Shown here piece after piece: positions 58,070 through 64,000 of a stretch of DNA of 64,000 nucleotides (position 1 is its first letter; every line of letters starts with the position of its first letter). Below the pieces are notes generated by a model. The model worked only from the letters and a program-made list of their open reading frames with translations, had not been told where the DNA came from and searched no databases. Source of the stretch: Longimicrobiales bacterium (GTDB lineage Bacteria > Gemmatimonadota > Gemmatimonadetes > Longimicrobiales > Gaopeijiaceae); contig CBDCNQ010000004.1 of assembly GCA_965219445.1 (NCBI GenBank), positions 1,120,001 to 1,184,000 on the forward strand. The letters are read 5' to 3'. A program made the position numbers and the translations under genes.

Positions 58070-59176
58070 TCAGCGGCGCACGGCCTCGAGCAGGAGCTGC
58101 CCGACCTCCTGGTTCTCCTTCAGTCCACCGAAGCGCTCCGCACCAGGACCCACGGCGAAGAGCGGAACGAACGCGGCCGAGTGGTCCTCGGTGGTGTACT
58201 GCAGGCTGTCGGTGCGGCGCTCGGCCGTGGGGAGGCCGATGCCGCCGGTCTCGTGGTCCGCGGTCACGACGACGAGCGTCTGGGGGCTCCGGCGGCGGAA
58301 GTCGAGCGCCAATCGCACCGCGTCGTCGAAGGCGAGCATCTCCCGGACGAGGATCTCGCGCCCGGCGTTCCGATGAGCCTCTGTGTCGGTGCCCTCGCTT
58401 TCCACCATCAGGAAGAACCCCCCGGGGCGGCCCTCCAGCATCTCGAGCGCGACGGACATCATGGCCGCAAGGCTGGGAGACCGCTCCACTGCGGGCGCCA
58501 TCTCGCCCTCGGCGAAGAGGCCGAGGAGAGCGGTCTCCTGATCGGTACGGACGGCTTCCAGCTCTGCGACGGACTCGACGATCTCGTACCGCTCCCTGGC
58601 CGGAGTCCAGAGATCGACGCCCGCCCGCTCCTCCGCAATGTCCAACAGCCCTCGTCCGCCCCCCATGAGCACGTCCACGGGCAGGTCGATCATCTGCCGG
58701 AAGATGCTCACTTGCTCCGTGCGTGAGAGGGCATGGGCGCCGAAGGCTGCCGGAGTGGCATCGGTGATGTACGTCGTCGTGACGAGCCCCGTCCCCATCC
58801 CTTGCCGCTTGGCGGCTTCCAGTACGGTTTCCAGGGAGGTCGAGTCGGGCCCGACGGCAACGGCTCCAAAGAACGTTCGGGTGCCGGTCGACAGCGCAGT
58901 GGCGCCCGCCGCGCTTCCCGTCACGACATGATCGTGGCCTCTGGTATCGACGAGGCCTGTCACGGGGAACTCCCGCACCGCCAGCTGGTTCCGGGCGAAG
59001 TGGGCAAGCGTCCAGTGCTCGACGCCCGCCCCGTCGGCGATCATCACGATGAGGTTTCGGGGCGCCAGCCCGCTCGGAGCGTCGGGGGTGCAGGCCGACA
59101 CCCAAAGCGCGGCGAGCGCGACGAGCCCGAGCGAAGGACGGGAAGATGCGGTCATTGAAAAGGTCCTTAGGCTCAT
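58070..59176 (-). CDS. Alkaline phosphatase (PhoA family), lipoprotein
   Basis: MIADGAG, VTGSAAGATA, TDATPA, FFLMVE, DTEAH and VTADHETGG. Confidence 0.9.
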   Translation of the reverse strand: MSLRTFSMTASSRPSLGLVALAALWVSACTPDAPSGLAPRNLIVMIADGAGVEHWTLAHFARNQLAVREFPVTGLVDTRGHDHVVTGSAAGATALSTGTRTFFGAVAVGPDSTSLETVLEAAKRQGMGTGLVTTTYITDATPAAFGAHALSRTEQVSIFRQMIDLPVDVLMGGGRGLLDIAEERAGVDLWTPARERYEIVESVAELEAVRTDQETALLGLFAEGEMAPAVERSPSLAAMMSVALEMLEGRPGGFFLMVESEGTDTEAHRNAGREILVREMLAFDDAVRLALDFRRRSPQTLVVVTADHETGGIGLPTAERRTDSLQYTTEDHSAAFVPLFAVGPGAERFGGLKENQEVGQLLLEAVRR

Positions 59177-59437
59177 CCTAGATCCACGCGCCGTCCTTGA
59201 TCGACCCAGACACTCAGGGGTTGGCGCTCTCGCTTCCTCCCCGCCAATCCGCTCCTCCGGTGGCGGAGTCCGCGGGTCCTGGCGCAAAGCGTCCTTTCCC
59301 GGGGCCTCCCGAGCACGCGGTCGGGCCCGCCGTCCGGAGGCTCTGAGTCGTTCCTATGCCGCGTGCGAGAATGTAGCAGGCCGGCTGTCACGAGCCCGAG
59401 AGCTTCTTGCATCGGCGCTTGCCAGCCCCCCGGCCGG

Positions 59438-60277
59438 CTAGGCGGTCGCCCTGGCCCCGGCGCGGCGGCGGAGCCACTCCACCGCGCACAAGAGCAGTAC
59501 GGCAAAGCCGATCAGGAAGGTCGCCGCGGCCAGGATCGCAGGACTGATCTGCTCGCGCACGCCGGCCCACATCTGTCGCGGGATCGTGCGCTGCGCCTCG
59601 CCGGCCATGAACAGCACCACCACCACTTCGTCGAACGAGACGGCGAAGGCGAACAGCGCGCCCGAGACGACGCCGGGTGCGATCAGCGGCAGCTCCACTC
59701 GGCGGAACGTGCGCCACGGGCCGGCTCCCAACCCGTTGGCGGCACGCGTCAGGTTGCGGTCGAAGGATGCGAGAGTGGCGGTTACGGTGATGACGACGAA
59801 CGGCGTGCCGAGAGCCGCGTGGGCCAGGATCAATCCCAGGTGGGTCTGCGCGAGGCCGAGCGCCGAGTAGAAGAAAAACATGCCGGTCGCCGAGATGACG
59901 AGCGGCGTGACCATGGGCGAGAGGAGGAGCCCCATCGCGAGACGGCGCGCCGGCATGGCGCGGTTCGCGAGCCCGAGGGCGGCCAGCGTGCCCAGGCCGG
60001 TCGCCAGCAGGGTGGCCGCCGTGCCGATGAACAGACTGTTCGCGAGGGCGCGCCGCCACACCGGGTCGCTGGTCACCTGGCGGTACCAGCGGAGCGAGAA
60101 CGCCTCGGCGTCGAGGCGCAGCATGCCCTCGGTGAACGTGAAATACGGCTCGACGTTGAAGCTGAGCGGCACCATGACCACCAGCGGCACGAGCAGGAAC
60201 GCGAAGATCCCTACGCAGGCCGCGAGGTAGGCCGCGCGCCCCACGCCCACGCCGACGCCGAGCCCCTCCGCCCTCAT
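59438..60277 (-). CDS. Polyamine/opine-type ABC transporter permease (PotC-like)
   Basis: FSLRWY, EAA-like loop AANGLGA and FAVSFDEVVV. Confidence 0.9.
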   Translation of the reverse strand: MRAEGLGVGVGVGRAAYLAACVGIFAFLLVPLVVMVPLSFNVEPYFTFTEGMLRLDAEAFSLRWYRQVTSDPVWRRALANSLFIGTAATLLATGLGTLAALGLANRAMPARRLAMGLLLSPMVTPLVISATGMFFFYSALGLAQTHLGLILAHAALGTPFVVITVTATLASFDRNLTRAANGLGAGPWRTFRRVELPLIAPGVVSGALFAFAVSFDEVVVVLFMAGEAQRTIPRQMWAGVREQISPAILAAATFLIGFAVLLLCAVEWLRRRAGARATA

Positions 60278-61458
60278 CCCAGCCTCATCCGCTCCACCCC
60301 GACCACCCGGTCGTAGACGAGGTAGAGCGCCGCCACCGACAGGAGCAGGATCCCGCCCAGCGCGCTCGCCAGTCCCCAGTTCAGGGAGGTCTGCATGTGG
60401 TAGGCGATGAAGTTCGAGATCAGCTGGCCGCTTTGGCCGCCCACGAGCGCCGGGGTGATGTAGTAGCCGATGGCCAGGATGAAGACCAGCAGCGAGCCGG
60501 CGCCGACGCCCGGCACGGTCTGGGGCCAGTAGACGCGCCAAAAGGCCCGGGGGAAGCCGGCGCCCAGCGAGGCGGCGGCGGCCATCTGCCGCCGGGGGAT
60601 GGAGCGCATCACCGAGTAGAGGGGCAGGACCATGAACGGGAGCAGGATGTGGGTCATGGCCACGAGCGTGCCGGTCATGTTGTGGACCAGGGCGATGCGT
60701 CCGTCGTCGGCGACGAGCCCGGCCCAGACGAGCAGGTCGTTGATGACGCCCTGCGTCTGCAGCAGGACGATCCAGGATGTGGTGCGGACCAAGAGCGACG
60801 TCCAGAACGGCACGAGCACGAGCGCGAGCAGCCAACCGGCGCGCCGCACGGGGGCGTGCGCGATGAGGTAGGCGATGGGATAGCCCAGGAACAGGCAGAA
60901 CACCGTGACGGCTAGGCTGACGGCGAACGTGCGCCCGAACAGCCGTACGTAGATACGCTCGTCCGCCGGGCGGAGCTCGATAGAGCCGTCGGGCGCTCGG
61001 TCCAGATCGACGGCGTGCAGGTAGTGGCGCGCCGTCAGCCGGTCGCCGGCCGTGCGGACGGCGCGCCAGGTCCCCGGATCGCCCCACTCGGGGTCGATGT
61101 CGAGGAACGCCTCCGGCCCCGCGCCGGCCGGCATGTCACGGAACTCGCGCGCCGTCCGGACCAGGACGCTCCTGAGGCCGCCCTGCACTCGGTTGATCCG
61201 CGTGGCGACGCGGCCGAGCGTTCCTTCGTCCGCCGCGCGAGCGAGCTCCGTGGCGGCCGCGGCGTAGACGGCCTCGGGGGGCGGCTCCCGGCCGTCCCAC
61301 TCGCCGAGCAGGGCCAGCGTCTGGGGCATGACGTCCGCCACCGTCGGATCGTAGACGCTCCTGACGAGCATCATCGCTACCGGCAGGGCGAACGTGACCG
61401 TGATGAACGCAGCGAGCGGCAGGACCAGCCCGCCGGCCCTGAGCCGCGCTCGGATCAC
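60274..61458 (-). CDS. Polyamine/opine-type ABC transporter permease (PotB-like)
   Basis: LGYPIAY, PFWTSLLVRT, LPFMVLPLY and GYYITPALVGG. Confidence 0.9.
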   Translation of the reverse strand: MIRARLRAGGLVLPLAAFITVTFALPVAMMLVRSVYDPTVADVMPQTLALLGEWDGREPPPEAVYAAAATELARAADEGTLGRVATRINRVQGGLRSVLVRTAREFRDMPAGAGPEAFLDIDPEWGDPGTWRAVRTAGDRLTARHYLHAVDLDRAPDGSIELRPADERIYVRLFGRTFAVSLAVTVFCLFLGYPIAYLIAHAPVRRAGWLLALVLVPFWTSLLVRTTSWIVLLQTQGVINDLLVWAGLVADDGRIALVHNMTGTLVAMTHILLPFMVLPLYSVMRSIPRRQMAAAASLGAGFPRAFWRVYWPQTVPGVGAGSLLVFILAIGYYITPALVGGQSGQLISNFIAYHMQTSLNWGLASALGGILLLSVAALYLVYDRVVGVERMRLG

Positions 61459-62546
61459 TGCGCCAGCCAGGCGCTGAACCGCTCGTTCATCTCGTCCATG
61501 TGGTCGCTCCACCACAGCCAGTCGCTCTGTAGAACTCGCGCCATGTTATCCGGGTGCGTCGGCATGTGGGGATTCATGTCGACGCCGGTCTCGACGTGCG
61601 TCCCCACGAGCGGCAGACCCGACCGTCGGGCGGGGCTGTAGGCGATGTGGCCGCCGACGGCGGCCATCGACTCCGCGGTGGTGGCAAAGCGGACCAACTC
61701 GAGCGCGGCCTCGAGGTTCCTGGTGCCGGCGACGATGCCCAGCTGGCCCGTATCGAGCACCTGGCCGTCCCAGACAATCACAAAGGGCTGGCTCTCGAGC
61801 ACCTGGGCGTTGAAGATGCGGCCGTTGTAGGCCGTCGTCATCGCCACCTCGCCGTCGGCGAGCATCTGCGGCGGCTGCGCCCCGGCCTCCCACCACACCA
61901 CCTCATCCTTGATGGTGCCGAGCTTGCCCAAGGCCCGCTCCACCCCCTCGGGCGTGTCGAGCACGGCGTATACCTCTTCGAGGGGCACGCCGTCAGCCAT
62001 CAGCGCGAACTCCAGATTGACGAGAGGGGTGCGGCGCATCCCGCGGCGGCCGGGAAAGCGCTCCAGATCGAAGAAGTCCTCGATCGTCCGGGGCTTCTCG
62101 CCCGGCGTACGCGCGTCGTTGTAGGCGTAGACGGTGGAATAGAGCACCATGCCCACGCTGCATTCCAAGAGCGTCTCGGGAAGGAAGTCGTCCGTGGCCG
62201 GCGTGCCGTCGGGAGCGGGCGGGAGCTGGGCGGCGTCGATCCCCTCGAGCAGGCCCTCGTCGCAGCCGCTGACCGCGTCGGCAATTTCAAGGTCGACGAC
62301 GTCCCAGTGCACGTTGCCCGACTCCACCTGGGCGCGCACCTGGGCCAGGCCGCCGTTGTAGTCCTCCAGGCGCACCTCGATTCCGGTCTCGGCCATGAAG
62401 GGCTCGAGGTAGCCCTTCCTGATGGCCTCGCCGTAGGAGCCGCCCCAGGAAACGACGGTCAGCGAGTCCGCGGGCTCGCCGCCGCAGCCCAGGGCCAGGG
62501 CCGCGATGGCGGCCGCACCGATGGTCCATCCGTGTTTGCCTGTCAT
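61455..62546 (-). CDS. ABC transporter substrate-binding lipoprotein (PotD/PotF-like)
   Basis: Lipobox ALGC; VSWGGSY, WDVVD, DFFDLERFPGRRG and AYNGR. Confidence 0.9.
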   Translation of the reverse strand: MTGKHGWTIGAAAIAALALGCGGEPADSLTVVSWGGSYGEAIRKGYLEPFMAETGIEVRLEDYNGGLAQVRAQVESGNVHWDVVDLEIADAVSGCDEGLLEGIDAAQLPPAPDGTPATDDFLPETLLECSVGMVLYSTVYAYNDARTPGEKPRTIEDFFDLERFPGRRGMRRTPLVNLEFALMADGVPLEEVYAVLDTPEGVERALGKLGTIKDEVVWWEAGAQPPQMLADGEVAMTTAYNGRIFNAQVLESQPFVIVWDGQVLDTGQLGIVAGTRNLEAALELVRFATTAESMAAVGGHIAYSPARRSGLPLVGTHVETGVDMNPHMPTHPDNMARVLQSDWLWWSDHMDEMNERFSAWLAQ

Positions 62547-63667
62547 GGCGTGTCCTCCTCGTCTTCGGGGTCGAGCACCCTGCAGTCGGTCGGGGTCCAG
62601 CCGATGCGGACGCGGTCGCCTTCCAGAACGGCGCCGTGGCCGACCATGTTGGGAATCTTGACGATGAAGTCCGAGTGGCCGCAGACATCGACTCTCAAGC
62701 GAAGATGGTCGCCCAGAAACGTGATGTCCTCGAGGCGGGCGTCGAACTCGTTGGTGTAGAGGCCCGGCGTCGGCGCGATGGCGACCCGCTCGGGCCGGAT
62801 CGAGATCGTCGTGCGGTCGCCGGGCCCGCATTCGGCGACGCGGAACGCCTGGACGAGCTGGCCGCCGACGTCGACGTCGCATATCGCGTCCCGGACGGCG
62901 ACAACCGTGCCGGCCAGGCGGTTGTTCTCGCCGATGAAGCGAGCGACGAATGAGCGCTCCGGCTCCTCGTAGAGCGTTTCGGGCGAGGCGGCCTGCTCGA
63001 TGCGGCCGGCGCGGAAGACCGCGACCCGGTCCGACATGACCATCGCCTCGTTCTGGTCGTGCGTGACGTAGAGGACCGTGACGCCCAGGTCGGCGTGGAT
63101 GCGGCGGATCTCGTACTGCAGCTCCTCCCTTAGCCGCCGGTCGAGTGCGCCGAGCGGCTCGTCCATCAGCACGAGCTCGGGCTCGAACACCAGCGCTCGG
63201 GCAATGGCCACCCTCTGCTGCTGGCCACCCGAGAGCTGGCTCGGCCGCCGGTGCTCGAGCCCCTCGAGCCGCACCAGCTCCAGGGCGCGGCCGACCCGCT
63301 CGCGGCGAGCCGCAGGATCGAGCCCGCGCACCTCGAGCGGGAACGACAGGTTCCCGCCCACGGTCATGTGAGGAAACAGCGCGTAGTTCTGGAACACCAT
63401 GCCGATGCCCCGGCGCCGGGGTGCCACCTCGTTCATGGCCCGGCCGTCGATGCGGATCGTGCCCGAGGTAGGCTCCTCGAACCCGGCGAGCATCATCAGG
63501 CAAGTCGTCTTGCCCGACCCCGAGGGGCCGAGCAGCGTGAGGAACTCGCCCTTTTGGACCGTCAGGTCGAGGTCGCTTACGACCTCGGTCCGCCCGTTGA
63601 AGCTCTTGGTGACACGTTCGAACTCGACATGGTCAGGACCGTCGGGCGGCTGGCGTCTTGGCCGCAT
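62543..63667 (-). CDS. ABC transporter ATP-binding protein (PotA-like)
   Basis: GPSGSGKT, FQNYALFPHM, LSGGQQQR, MDEP, VTHDQ and a TOBE domain; start uncertain. Confidence 0.92.
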   Translation of the reverse strand: MRPRRQPPDGPDHVEFERVTKSFNGRTEVVSDLDLTVQKGEFLTLLGPSGSGKTTCLMMLAGFEEPTSGTIRIDGRAMNEVAPRRRGIGMVFQNYALFPHMTVGGNLSFPLEVRGLDPAARRERVGRALELVRLEGLEHRRPSQLSGGQQQRVAIARALVFEPELVLMDEPLGALDRRLREELQYEIRRIHADLGVTVLYVTHDQNEAMVMSDRVAVFRAGRIEQAASPETLYEEPERSFVARFIGENNRLAGTVVAVRDAICDVDVGGQLVQAFRVAECGPGDRTTISIRPERVAIAPTPGLYTNEFDARLEDITFLGDHLRLRVDVCGHSDFIVKIPNMVGHGAVLEGDRVRIGWTPTDCRVLDPEDEEDTP

Positions 63668-63810
63668 CCTGCGGGTTCCCTCCCGCAGCTCACTACTTAG
63701 AGTCGTCCCACCCTGAGTTGTCCCACCTTCGCGCCGCTCTCGCACAACGGTGCCCTTTATCCTTTAGATCCCGGGTCCCGGGGGCGGACTCACCCTCGGG
63801 TCGACGGTCG

Positions 63811-64000
63811 TCAATCTTCGAGTTCTTCGAAGGTCAGATTGAGGATCGGATAGTCGGACCAGGCCCGGTAGTCGAAGTGCCACCACTCGTAAGGATAGAT
63901 CGTGAATCCCTGCTTCTCCATCGCCGTTCTGAGCCGGTTCCTGCTCTCCCGCTCCCGCACGCTCAGGCCCGGATAGTCGGGATAGGAGCGTTCGGTGAAC
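63811..64000 (-). CDS. D-alanyl-D-alanine dipeptidase (M15/VanX-DdpX family), C-terminal part
   Basis: Manual translation FTERSYPDY...LRTAMEKQGFTIYPYEWWHFDY...*. Confidence 0.85.
   Translation of the reverse strand, partial: FTERSYPDYPGLSVRERESRNRLRTAMEKQGFTIYPYEWWHFDYRAWSDYPILNLTFEELED

Noticed and set aside
57520..58668. 382-aa plus-strand ORF
   Set aside because: Mostly antisense to the alkaline phosphatase and R/P-rich; at most a short unidentified fragment near 57600-57790.
59438..63503. Long N-terminal extensions of ORFs 59438..61087 and 61455..63503 (likewise 13469..14767)
   Set aside because: Off-frame read-through of the upstream genes; the real starts are at ATGA/GTGA overlaps.

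Overview
GC-rich bacterial DNA; the gene set (PQQ propellers, DUF5916/CBM9 protein, ECF/anti-sigma/TonB cluster) suggests a Gemmatimonadota-like organism, which is inference only. Positions 1-45166 and 58070-64000 are mostly metabolic, periplasmic, regulatory and transport genes, several of them frameshifted or truncated. Positions ~45235-57970 are a decayed accessory island: a two-methyltransferase type I R-M locus (truncated hsdM1, NPPY-type hsdM2, hsdS, hsdR) followed by zinc-peptidase, VirB3/VirB4 and winged-helix remnants. The main result is a three-layer nested mobile element between hsdS and hsdR. An IS256 (48400-53281) has its left inverted repeat interrupted twice, 3 bp apart, by an IS110/IS1111-type element (51670-53265) and a class C group II intron (49767-51666). 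The IS110 3' non-coding region folds into a bridge-RNA-like structure. Its two target guides (TACACACC, TCAAAGG) match the reconstructed, intron-free IS256 repeat, and its donor guide (ATAGAAGG) matches its own right end. This points to an RNA-guided recombinase aimed at another IS, whose junction was later hit by an intron. All calls are by eye; no database searches or folding programs were run.
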